Positions 19,918 through 28,949 of a stretch of DNA of 64,000 bases are shown here, one piece after another. Position 1 is the stretch's first letter. Each line of letters begins with the position of its first letter. The position numbers and the translations under genes are program-made. The stretch lies in contig CALSTX010000007.1 of NCBI GenBank assembly GCA_943789375.1, positions 17,696-81,695 on the forward strand, read 5' to 3'. Origin of the DNA: an uncultured Opitutales bacterium. GTDB taxonomy: Bacteria > Verrucomicrobiota > Verrucomicrobiia > Opitutales > Seribacteraceae. Below the pieces are notes generated by a model. It saw only the letters and a list, made by a program, of their open reading frames with translations. It was not told the DNA's origin and did not search any database.

Positions 19918-20418
19918 ATGATTGCGGAGTGTTATATCTCAATAGATGAAGCGGTACAGAAAAGATCAGTTTTAAGAAAAAGAAATAAAACTGTAGCTCT
20001 GACAAACGGATGCTTTGATCTTTTACATGCGGGTCATGTGCATAGTTTAAAGCAAGCAGCAAAATATGCCGACCACCTATGGGTAGCACTTAATTCTGAT
20101 GAGAGTGTCAGAATTCTCAAAGGTAACCTCCGACCTATTATTACCCAAAAAGAGCGTGCTTACATACTATCAGCATTAAGTTGTGTGGAAGAAATAATTT
20201 TATTTAATACTCCAAATCTTAAATCTGAAATTCTCAAGCTTAAGCCTGACTATTACATTAAATCTTCCGATTATTCTCTTAATTCAATAGACAAAGAAGA
20301 GAAACAGGCATTACAAGAAGTTGGCACTAAAATAAGATTTGCTGATATGTTAACAGGAACAAGTACAACGGATGTTATTTCTAAAATAACAAAATCTTTT
20401 AATTCATCTTCATCTTGA
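19918..20418 (+). CDS. rfaE2: D-glycero-beta-D-manno-heptose 1-phosphate adenylyltransferase-like (RfaE domain II, cytidylyltransferase fold)
   Basis: TNGCFDLLHAGHV, VALNSDESVRILKG..RP, STTDVI. Confidence 0.85.
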   Translation: MIAECYISIDEAVQKRSVLRKRNKTVALTNGCFDLLHAGHVHSLKQAAKYADHLWVALNSDESVRILKGNLRPIITQKERAYILSALSCVEEIILFNTPNLKSEILKLKPDYYIKSSDYSLNSIDKEEKQALQEVGTKIRFADMLTGTSTTDVISKITKSFNSSSS

Positions 20419-21005
20419 AAATTTCTATTCTTGGCTCTGGTAAAGGTTCAAACGCTAAATATTTGTTATCGGAATTTAAAAATGGCAAACTTAGCAATGT
20501 CCAAGATATTTCTCTTTTTAGTGATTCTGAAAATTCACAATTTTTAAAATTGGCTTCTGAATTTGGATGCTATGGAAAACATGTACCTACACCAACAAAA
20601 GGTTCAGTTATTAAGGGAACATATGAGACCGATTGGATCAATTCCTTATCTAAACTCCAACCCGACCTTATCATTCTAGCTGGATTCATGAGGATTGTTG
20701 GCATTAATTTCATTAACCATTTTGATGGTAATATAATTAATTTACATCCTAGTTTACTTCCTCACTTTAAAGGCTTAAACGCAATTGAGAATGCATTCAA
20801 AATGAATGTAGCAAGAACAGGTTGTACCGTCCATTGGGTTGATAACACTATAGATGGTGGCGATATTATAGCACAAGCTAGCATTCAGGTTTTTAAAAAC
20901 GAAAGTCTAGAAAGTCTTACTTCCCGGATTCACTCACAAGAACATTTTATATTATCACAAGTTGTCTGTGCTCTTGCTGATACTCATGTGTTAAAGAAAA
21001 CATGA
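20415..21005 (+). CDS. purN: Phosphoribosylglycinamide formyltransferase
   Basis: GSGKGSN, LAGFMRI, INLHPSLLP, GCTVHWV...DGGDII; TTG start. Confidence 0.93.
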   Translation: MKISILGSGKGSNAKYLLSEFKNGKLSNVQDISLFSDSENSQFLKLASEFGCYGKHVPTPTKGSVIKGTYETDWINSLSKLQPDLIILAGFMRIVGINFINHFDGNIINLHPSLLPHFKGLNAIENAFKMNVARTGCTVHWVDNTIDGGDIIAQASIQVFKNESLESLTSRIHSQEHFILSQVVCALADTHVLKKT

Positions 21006-21898
21006 TCAAGGCAAGTATTCCGATACATGCTGATATTGTTGATCAGATAGAAAACAATTTGCATGAAATTGCTCCATCTAAATGGATTATTTCACAAAGC
21101 CAAATAACCTTAAAAGCAAGACTTGAAGGGTACTTTGAAAACAACACAACTATCGATGAAATTAATGCTGAGATTAATTCATTTTTTTCAGACGAACTGT
21201 GTGAAAACAACAAACTAGAAGTCCTACAAATTAAGGATACAGATTGGACTGAATCCTATAAAATCCACTTTAAGCCCTGGAATCATAAAGGGTTTCATTG
21301 GATTCCAATATGGCTAGTTAATGAGTATTTAGTTCCCCAGGGAGATAAATATCTTCTTTTAGATCCAGGCATGGCTTTTGGTACAGGCAATCATGAAACT
21401 ACTAAACTTTGCTTAGAAGAAATAGTTGAGATGAATATAGTTCACTCTTCCAAACAAAAGGTACTAGACATAGGTTGCGGTTCTGGAATCTTAGCGATTA
21501 CTGCCGCTAAATTAGGATACCTTAACATTCTCGGCATTGATAATGATGAAGATGCTGTGAGAATATCAGAAGAAAATGCAATTCTTAACCAAGTGGAACA
21601 ACATATCCGTTTTATGAATCAAGGAATTGAATTGATTGAAGCAGACTCCAACTATGATCTAGTTGTAGCTAATATACAGTCAGATATTCTGATAGAAAAC
21701 AAAAATTCGATAATTGATACGACAAAAGCAGTATCAACACTGTTGCTATCAGGTGTCCTAGCAGTGGAAGCCAAAAATGTTGAAATGGTGTACTCTGAAG
21801 AATTTAACAGAAGAAAATACAACTATAAATCAGTGATAAAGACAGACGGAGAATGGAGTTTAATTCGATTCTCAATTTTGGAACCAAGAGAACTTTAG
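21002..21898 (+). CDS. prmA: Ribosomal protein L11 methyltransferase
   Basis: DWTESYK, LDPGMAFGTGNHETT, LDIGCGSGILAI, VVANI, LSGVL. Confidence 0.95.
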   Translation: MIKASIPIHADIVDQIENNLHEIAPSKWIISQSQITLKARLEGYFENNTTIDEINAEINSFFSDELCENNKLEVLQIKDTDWTESYKIHFKPWNHKGFHWIPIWLVNEYLVPQGDKYLLLDPGMAFGTGNHETTKLCLEEIVEMNIVHSSKQKVLDIGCGSGILAITAAKLGYLNILGIDNDEDAVRISEENAILNQVEQHIRFMNQGIELIEADSNYDLVVANIQSDILIENKNSIIDTTKAVSTLLLSGVLAVEAKNVEMVYSEEFNRRKYNYKSVIKTDGEWSLIRFSILEPREL

Positions 21899-23019
21899 CC
21901 CCCTAGATAAGTAAGAGCTTTGGGAATAGGTAATGTGTAAAAAGCAAATTGTGCAATTCCAAGGGAAGATATTTTTTTTGATACAGTATCTCTTAATGAC
22001 TCAACACTATCTGGTCCGACTGAAGTATAGACTAGAGCCCATTCTTCATTTTGTTGCTGCTCAGTATCAGCGGACTCAGCATCTATCATAACACCAAAGT
22101 TTGTACTCACACCCGGTGCACCCGTTTCTAAAATAGAATCATAAACTTCATCATAATGGTCGCGGGGTACTATACAATAGAGTCCTACTAAATCATTCAA
22201 AAAAGTGGATTTAAGAGATTTAGATTTAGATAAATCAGGCATTGCTCGCCAATCTTTACCTCCTTTTAAATCGTCTAAAGCGGAAATGACTTGTTCCATG
22301 TTAGCACCATGTGTTGAAGATGAAACCGTACTTGAAACATTGATAAGACCGGAGTGAACTGGAATTGAATACATAAAGCCACGACCCGGTTCCGTGATTC
22401 TTCCTGCCCGTGCCATATTACTGAAAACATCATCTGCTTCAGATTTATCTACCACACACCAAACAAATTCTTTTTCAGGCCCTTTAGTTATACGAAGCAT
22501 TGGGATTTTATCTCGTACGCCACCACCTTCTCCAAAAGTAACAGTTGGACCAGGAGCACCACTTTGAAGCGCTGCCTTTGCAATGTCATCAGCAATACCT
22601 TTTTCGCAAATGCAACATATTGCCTCTAAACTGGCTGCACTTTGGTTGTCTTCACTATTATTAGCATCGGATGAAATATTAGTTGGGAAGGATTTTGATA
22701 CCTGAGCATCATTACAACTCATACTAAAAACAGCCCCAGAACCGACTTTATCTAAATTTCCTGATTTAATAGCAGCTTCAGTAACTTGATTGATAATGTC
22801 GTCTGGAACAAGTGCCTGTAAAAGTAATTGCTCAGGAGCGGGTGGCGGAAACATTCTTTGAAGAAACCCACCTTCATTAAGTACAGAACCACGGGCGGAT
22901 ATTTGAAAAACCCCTTTCGCACCAGCTTTAGACACTGCATTAGAAACGCGTACAACTGATTCTTTCGGAAGAATTAAGTTTAGAAGGGAAACTCCTGATG
23001 ATTTTACTAAGTCGGTCAT
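21895..23019 (-). CDS. PII-like protein with three tandem PII-like domains
   Basis: Three approximately 95-aa units, each with a GA-x-G strand turn (AGAKGV, SGAPGP, TGAPGV); B-loop-like GSGAVF and GRGFMY in units 1 and 2; immediately downstream of the DUF1538 gene. Confidence 0.75.
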   Translation of the reverse strand: MTDLVKSSGVSLLNLILPKESVVRVSNAVSKAGAKGVFQISARGSVLNEGGFLQRMFPPPAPEQLLLQALVPDDIINQVTEAAIKSGNLDKVGSGAVFSMSCNDAQVSKSFPTNISSDANNSEDNQSAASLEAICCICEKGIADDIAKAALQSGAPGPTVTFGEGGGVRDKIPMLRITKGPEKEFVWCVVDKSEADDVFSNMARAGRITEPGRGFMYSIPVHSGLINVSSTVSSSTHGANMEQVISALDDLKGGKDWRAMPDLSKSKSLKSTFLNDLVGLYCIVPRDHYDEVYDSILETGAPGVSTNFGVMIDAESADTEQQQNEEWALVYTSVGPDSVESLRDTVSKKISSLGIAQFAFYTLPIPKALTYLGG

Positions 23020-23021
23020 GA

Positions 23022-25190
23022 TTATGCTTTCTCCATTTCTAATTCTGTTGCGTCATCCACTTTCGGTTTTTTTCGGACAAGTAGACCAACTGTGAGGACT
23101 GTAATGATAGGTCCAACTGAAGCCAGTGAAAGAACACCAAAACCATCAATAGCTCCAGTCTTGGCTCCAATACCTAGGCCCATAGCAAGCACAAGAGGCA
23201 CCGTAATTGGTCCTGTTGTAACACCCGCACTGTCCCATCCAAAGTTTACAAAATCTTCACTTGAAAAGAAGGTTAAAACCAAAAGAAAAGCATAGGGTGG
23301 TATCAACAAGTACCAAAGTTCTAAATTAAAAGCTATTTTGGCCACTCCAGTTGCAATTCCGCAAGCAACCCCTGTGGCAACAGCTTGCATCAATAAATTT
23401 TTCTTAAAAGCACCGACGGTTATTTTTTCTACAGTTGAACCAAGTGCATTTAATGCTGGTTCCGCCAAGGTTGCTCCATAGCCTAGAATGAAGCCAAAAA
23501 GAATCGCAAGACACTTCCCGGCAGTTGATGATTTGAAAAGAGGATCAACAAAACCTTCGCTTTGCCAAGGTTGAATCGATGTAAAACTAGAAACGACATT
23601 TCCGCCTAACTGTTCACCTAAGGGTGTTAAGCCTAAGGCTATTCCAAGATTAAAAAGACACATTCCAATGACGGCACAACCAATGCCTATAAATAATTCA
23701 TCTAAATATTTTGGTTTCTGCCTAAGTCCTCCCATCAACACAAGTAATAGTATTGAGCAAAGTGGCACAATGGCCCAAATCGCTCCCTCTAATGCTCCTC
23801 TATCTTGGTCAGGTCCATCAAGCTTACCATTTTTCTCATTATAATTGACGCTACCATCTTGATTGAACCCGTAAAAGTCTTCGCCAGGATCAAGGATTCC
23901 ATTACCGTTTTTATCTTCCTGTGGTTTGAAAGTGTTAGGGAAAAAATCGAAATTATTCGTAAAAGCGGTCGCAATATCCGAGCCTTCGTCCCAGACACCA
24001 TCGGGTGCTTTAAAACCCTCTCTAACGACATAAGCCTTTGCACCCTGCACCTCTACATTCTCACGTGAAACCTCATTGTCGCTTGACAGAAAACTTGGGA
24101 CAATTTTACCATCAGTTATTCTAGTTTTAATAGTGTAACCCTCAGGTAGCTTTTTATATTCCTGTAAGTATTTATCTACATTTTTTCTTTCATCTTGGGA
24201 TAAAGACCAAAATAAAGCATCTTCATCGACAGCTCCAGTAGCAGCCATTCTTTCAGCTGCTACAATGTCACCAAATTTCTGGTAGTCTTTGGGGTAATTT
24301 TTCCCGTAATCTCCAGCATTTAAATGCCATTCCGCCTTGGATAGCTTGGCCATGTAATAATTATCTCCATTAAATAAATAGAGGGCGTAACACATCACTG
24401 CTAGTATGGGAAATAAAGATGCTAAGGTAACAACACCAAAACCCGTGTTGCTGGAACCTCCCGTTGACACGATCCGACAAACTCCAATACCAAGCGCAAG
24501 AACTAAGGGTACTGTAACCGGGCCAGTCGTGACCGCACCGCAATCCCAAGCAAGGCCTAATACATGCCTAAGTCTATCGTCAGAAAACTGCATGTATAGG
24601 GTGATGCATGAAAGTACAATTACACCAACATATATAAATGGCTTCAGAGACCAACCTTTATAAAACCGTAAAACTCCAAGTAGAACAGCAATGCCAACAC
24701 CCACTCCAACACAATTGACAAGCATACCTGCTCCAGTGTTTAAAATAGTCCACAATAAAGGTGCAGCAGTTGGGTCCACACCGGAACCTGCAGCCCTAAG
24801 AACACCAATAGCTGGCTCTGCGAAAGTTGCAAAAGCTCCTAAAACGAAACCAAAAGCCAGACTTGCTGGTAAACAAGGAATTCCAAAAATCTTTTTTCTT
24901 GGTAGAGTAGATCCTAAAGTTTCCCCAAGAGGCATCAACCCAAGTCTGAGACCTTCCATGAAAAAAGCTAGTCCAACAATGACAATCATGATGCCTACTG
25001 CTATCATTAGAGAATAAACAATGGGTAATCCTAGGACCAGGACTTGGAAAACGATAAGGTATAGAATGATAAACCATACACATTGGATTTGTTCCACAAC
25101 CTTATCTTTCGAAAACGACAGCAAAATGCTAATCTTCTGTTTTAGAGTAAGTTGAAGTTTCTTTTGATCAGATGATTGTTGTGCCGTCAT
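23022..25190 (-). CDS. Fused tandem DUF1538 membrane protein (putative transporter)
   Basis: Duplicated motifs GLMPLGE/GLTPLGE, ATFAEPA/ATLAEPA, WDCGAVTTGPVTVP/WDSAGVTTGPITVP, GFGVVTLAS/GFGVLSLAS; about 190-aa soluble linker. Confidence 0.88.
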   Translation of the reverse strand: MTAQQSSDQKKLQLTLKQKISILLSFSKDKVVEQIQCVWFIILYLIVFQVLVLGLPIVYSLMIAVGIMIVIVGLAFFMEGLRLGLMPLGETLGSTLPRKKIFGIPCLPASLAFGFVLGAFATFAEPAIGVLRAAGSGVDPTAAPLLWTILNTGAGMLVNCVGVGVGIAVLLGVLRFYKGWSLKPFIYVGVIVLSCITLYMQFSDDRLRHVLGLAWDCGAVTTGPVTVPLVLALGIGVCRIVSTGGSSNTGFGVVTLASLFPILAVMCYALYLFNGDNYYMAKLSKAEWHLNAGDYGKNYPKDYQKFGDIVAAERMAATGAVDEDALFWSLSQDERKNVDKYLQEYKKLPEGYTIKTRITDGKIVPSFLSSDNEVSRENVEVQGAKAYVVREGFKAPDGVWDEGSDIATAFTNNFDFFPNTFKPQEDKNGNGILDPGEDFYGFNQDGSVNYNEKNGKLDGPDQDRGALEGAIWAIVPLCSILLLVLMGGLRQKPKYLDELFIGIGCAVIGMCLFNLGIALGLTPLGEQLGGNVVSSFTSIQPWQSEGFVDPLFKSSTAGKCLAILFGFILGYGATLAEPALNALGSTVEKITVGAFKKNLLMQAVATGVACGIATGVAKIAFNLELWYLLIPPYAFLLVLTFFSSEDFVNFGWDSAGVTTGPITVPLVLAMGLGIGAKTGAIDGFGVLSLASVGPIITVLTVGLLVRKKPKVDDATELEMEKA

Positions 25191-25275
25191 GATAATAAAT
25201 TTTATATGGAGTTAAGTTTATCTAATAGTCATTAAATGTATTTTAAACAAAAGGGAAAGCTTATTCATCAATAGA

Positions 25276-26478
25276 TCACATACTCCAAGATGCATTTGCG
25301 AGAGTCAAAGATACTTTGTTAACTCCTTGGTCTAAAACAATAGGAACATTCCATGTTACCCCAATTTTACCAAGAGCTGCAGTTCCTATTATAAAATAGT
25401 TACCCTTTTGGATCCCAGAAATAGACGCAGATCCGTTTATATCCGTTCTAACTCTTCTTCCATTTCCCTTCTCAACCTCGGAAAGTAATAATGTTCTAAT
25501 ATTCTTTTGGAGATTAGGATAGAGAAAAGAATTTTTTCTGGATTGAGCCCACAACTCTGAAAAGGATTCAAAAGATGAAAATTCAGACAGGTTGATATTA
25601 CCGGCTGAGAGAATCGCATTGAGGTTATTATTAATGACAAAAAACTCAGTGTAAAAAGCCTCTTTACTTTTTCCATTATAAGAGGTGACGACTGCATCAA
25701 AATTTAATGAACATGTACCTGTAAATAAACTCTTACTTGAGTTTTCATAATTCTGGGCAAACCGATTTTCCTCCAAATTAAGTTCCGGTTCTGCTAAAAA
25801 TATCTTTGTTTTAGGACTATTTTCAAGACTGGAAATTCGAGCTTCGAGGGAGTCATTTCGATACCTTAAATCTTTTATTTCATTCGATTTAAGAAATAGA
25901 CTATTTTTAAGGTTACTAATCTCTGAATGAAGTCCAGGAGCGACAACCTCTTCTGGAGAAATAAACTCGGAAGGAGAAGAGACAATTTTGGTTTCTCTTG
26001 CAGGTAATCCCTTCAATCGACGCACTTCAGCAAGCAGTTCGTCATTAATTGAAGAAAGTGATGCTATAGTTGTATCTTTGTTCGCATTAATTTTCCTCAA
26101 TTCCTCAATACTTCTTTGGTGTTCAATTGTTGATTCCTCTAGGTTTTGTAAGGCAACCTCGGCTTCAGTATTGGCAACTGTATCGAGGACTCTTCCGGCA
26201 TCAATGCCTGGGGAACTCACTGGAAGTGGAGTGGTAAAGCTAGGTTCAGCCCCTTCTACAACTAAAGATATAGACTTGTTGCTATCGTTTAAAAGATCCT
26301 CAAGATCGCTAACATTGTCAGGAGAAGACAGTAAAAGGTTTGTTACTTCACTATCGTTAGAACTTTCTTGTGTATTCTCCGTTTGAACTTGTTGCTCAGC
26401 AGTTCCGCAAGAGCAAATCGACATTACAAATACTAAAACAACGCAAGTAAACAAAGAATCTTTAAGCTTTTGGGACAT
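25276..26478 (-). CDS. Putative lipoprotein with central coiled coils, function unknown
   Basis: Basic-hydrophobic N-terminus ending in ICSC lipobox-like Cys; heptad-rich segments; beta-rich C-terminus (RTDINGSASISGIQKGNYFII). Confidence 0.65.
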   Translation of the reverse strand: MSQKLKDSLFTCVVLVFVMSICSCGTAEQQVQTENTQESSNDSEVTNLLLSSPDNVSDLEDLLNDSNKSISLVVEGAEPSFTTPLPVSSPGIDAGRVLDTVANTEAEVALQNLEESTIEHQRSIEELRKINANKDTTIASLSSINDELLAEVRRLKGLPARETKIVSSPSEFISPEEVVAPGLHSEISNLKNSLFLKSNEIKDLRYRNDSLEARISSLENSPKTKIFLAEPELNLEENRFAQNYENSSKSLFTGTCSLNFDAVVTSYNGKSKEAFYTEFFVINNNLNAILSAGNINLSEFSSFESFSELWAQSRKNSFLYPNLQKNIRTLLLSEVEKGNGRRVRTDINGSASISGIQKGNYFIIGTAALGKIGVTWNVPIVLDQGVNKVSLTLANASWSM

Positions 26479-26581
26479 AACAACTCATTACCAAAATATG
26501 TGTTCAATTCTTTGCAAGCACAATAATAGCGACGCTCAACTTGTTATTTACAAAATATTTATTTATGAAATATTGTTAGTA

Positions 26582-28948
26582 ATGCCTCAGCATACCCGAG
26601 AAGAGACTGATTTACTCAACCATGAGAATCGTTTTCTAAAGCAAACAATTCTATCTTTAAGAGATGAGCTGATTAAAAAAGAGATTGAATCCGAGGATTT
26701 GGTTCAAACTAAAGAAAATGAACTTCAATTGGAGATCAACTCCTTAAAGACTTCTATTGAACAGCAAAGGAGTGATTTAGACCAAAAAATTATAGCTCAT
26801 GACAATGAAAATCAAAATGTTCTTCAGAAATCCATAAATGAACAAAAGGAATTTAAAAAAATTATTCTAGATTTAAGGACTTCATTAGAAAAAAAATCTC
26901 TCGTCACAGATCAACAAAAACAGCAGTTAGCCTCCGTATTCAATCTAGAACTAAGCAGCTTGAAGAAACAGGTCGAGGTACTAAGGGAAGCGCTGGATAA
27001 AAGTCAGTTAGAAATTCAAGAGGTCGGACAACTTGCCACCAGGGGTGCTTCTAATGAAATCTCTGAACTCAAAAAATCTATACTCAATCTACGACAAAAA
27101 ATCGAAGGTTTGAATAATTTAAATGATCAAAAAATCCAAAAGATTAAAGCAGGTACAGAAATTGAGGCTAGAGGACTAAGAGCAACGATCACAAACCTTA
27201 GAAATCAATTAGAAAAACTCGAAAGCTCAAGGGATGATGCGGTTCAGAAGGCAATTTCAAGCAAATCGGCAGAGATATCTTCTCTTAAATTATCAATTTC
27301 TAATACTCGGGAAAAGCTAGCCAAGATAAAGGAAGAGGAGGAGGACAAAGCACAAACAAAATTTTCTACTTACAACCTAGAAATTAAAAACCTTAAGGAT
27401 ACTATCACAAGCATTCGCAATGAACTAGAAAACCAGAAAAATAAAGAAGCAGAAATTACTCAATCAGCGAAAAAAGAGGCATACGACGAAATTAAGCAAC
27501 TTAAGCAAACTCTCTCAAAGACTCGTGATAATCTCGAGCTTCAAAAGAATTTGGAAGATGATCGCATACAGAAAGTCAAAGCTAATGCTGAAATTGAAAT
27601 TACTGTATTAAAGAATTCAATCCAAGAACTCAGAGAAGAACTTGATAATTGCTCTTTTGATAAAAATACTGCGATTCAAAAGGTAGAAAATGGATACCGC
27701 TCTGAAATTTCGCTATTAAAACAATCTTTGTCAATAGCCCGTGATAATTTAGAAGACTTAAAAGCAAGAGAAGAAGATAAAATACAAAGAGCAATCTCGT
27801 CGATAAATAGCCAAAACAAAACATTTCAAAATACAATCATCGGATTAAGAGAAGAACTTGAAAAAGAATCATCTGATAAAGAGGACATGATTCAAAAGTA
27901 TCAATCTGCAACCAATCGGGAAATCCAGCAACTTAAATTTTCACTTGGAAAAACTCGTGAATCACTTGACCAGCAAAAAGCTAAGTACGAGGATAGAGTC
28001 CAAAAGGTCAAGGCTTCGAAAGAAAATGAAATTCATACCTTAAAAGGTTTAGCCCAAAGCTTACGAGATGAATTAGAACACTCTCAAGTTGTGACTGACG
28101 ATTTAGTTCAGAAGAGTAAAAGTGAATCTCAATCAGAAATAAATCAGCTGAAATCGTCTCTTCACAGAATGCGGGATCAGCTTCAAAAGGTTAAGGAATA
28201 CGAGGCGGAAAAACATCAAATGTCACAAGCCCAAAATGAAAGAGAAAATACGAGTCTTAAAAGCACTATTTCAACATTGAGAACAAAACTCGATGAAACC
28301 GAATTTAAATTTCAAGATTCAATACAAAAAGCAGAAGCCAGTTCAAATGCTCAACAAGTTGCACTCAAAAAAAGTCTGTTACAAACACGAGAAAAAATGG
28401 ACAGGCTTCAAAATGATAAAGAAGTAGAGGTGCAAAATGCGGTCTCTAAGCAAGAATCTACAATCCAACAATTGCAAAACAGTATATCTCAATTAAGAGA
28501 AGAAATAGAATTACAGAAAAGTCAGAATGAAGAAGCTACCCAAAAATCTATTTCGATTCATTTGACCGATAATTCACAATTGAAGAAATCAATCTTAGAT
28601 TTACGAAATAAACTTGAAAAAATTAAAATTTCGAAAGAAGAAGCGTTACAAAAATTGAGATTTGAAAGAGAAAATGAAATCAAAGCTTTGCAAGAAAATT
28701 TAACCCAACTTCGATTGGATTTGGAAGGTTCCGAAATCAATAAACAGGAAGCAGTACAAAATGTTGTGAGCTCAAATCAAAATGAAATTAACCACTTTCG
28801 TAGAATGGTATCCAATCTTCGCGATGAGCTTGAACAAAACAAAGCAAGATACGAACAAGCAAAGCAAGATGATCTGCAAAAAAAAGAATCGGAAATGTTG
28901 CAGTTACAGTCGACTATAATTGATTTACGAACTAAACTAGAAAATTAA
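26582..28948 (+). CDS. 788-aa helical protein built of exact 36-residue repeats
   Basis: Probable start ATG 26582 (MPQHTREE); 14-aa leader + 21 x 36 aa + 18-aa partial repeat; no TM segment or signal peptide. Confidence 0.9.
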   Translation: MPQHTREETDLLNHENRFLKQTILSLRDELIKKEIESEDLVQTKENELQLEINSLKTSIEQQRSDLDQKIIAHDNENQNVLQKSINEQKEFKKIILDLRTSLEKKSLVTDQQKQQLASVFNLELSSLKKQVEVLREALDKSQLEIQEVGQLATRGASNEISELKKSILNLRQKIEGLNNLNDQKIQKIKAGTEIEARGLRATITNLRNQLEKLESSRDDAVQKAISSKSAEISSLKLSISNTREKLAKIKEEEEDKAQTKFSTYNLEIKNLKDTITSIRNELENQKNKEAEITQSAKKEAYDEIKQLKQTLSKTRDNLELQKNLEDDRIQKVKANAEIEITVLKNSIQELREELDNCSFDKNTAIQKVENGYRSEISLLKQSLSIARDNLEDLKAREEDKIQRAISSINSQNKTFQNTIIGLREELEKESSDKEDMIQKYQSATNREIQQLKFSLGKTRESLDQQKAKYEDRVQKVKASKENEIHTLKGLAQSLRDELEHSQVVTDDLVQKSKSESQSEINQLKSSLHRMRDQLQKVKEYEAEKHQMSQAQNERENTSLKSTISTLRTKLDETEFKFQDSIQKAEASSNAQQVALKKSLLQTREKMDRLQNDKEVEVQNAVSKQESTIQQLQNSISQLREEIELQKSQNEEATQKSISIHLTDNSQLKKSILDLRNKLEKIKISKEEALQKLRFERENEIKALQENLTQLRLDLEGSEINKQEAVQNVVSSNQNEINHFRRMVSNLRDELEQNKARYEQAKQDDLQKKESEMLQLQSTIIDLRTKLEN
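26624..28945 (+). repeat. Degenerate 108-bp (36-codon) tandem repeat array, 21.5 units
   Basis: Consensus E-I-x-x-L-K-x-S/T-I/L-x-x-L/T-R-x-x-L-E...Q; the repeat is clear at protein level and divergent at DNA level. Confidence 0.9.
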
Positions 28949-28949
28949 C

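Noticed and set aside
24056-24071. parS-like half site ATTCTCACGTGAAACC inside DUF1538
   Set aside because: Four mismatches to the consensus, left arm broken; probably chance.
26624-28945. CRISPR array or DNA-level tandem repeat
   Set aside because: Periodicity exists only at protein level with divergent codons; no identical direct repeats or spacers and no cas genes in the window.
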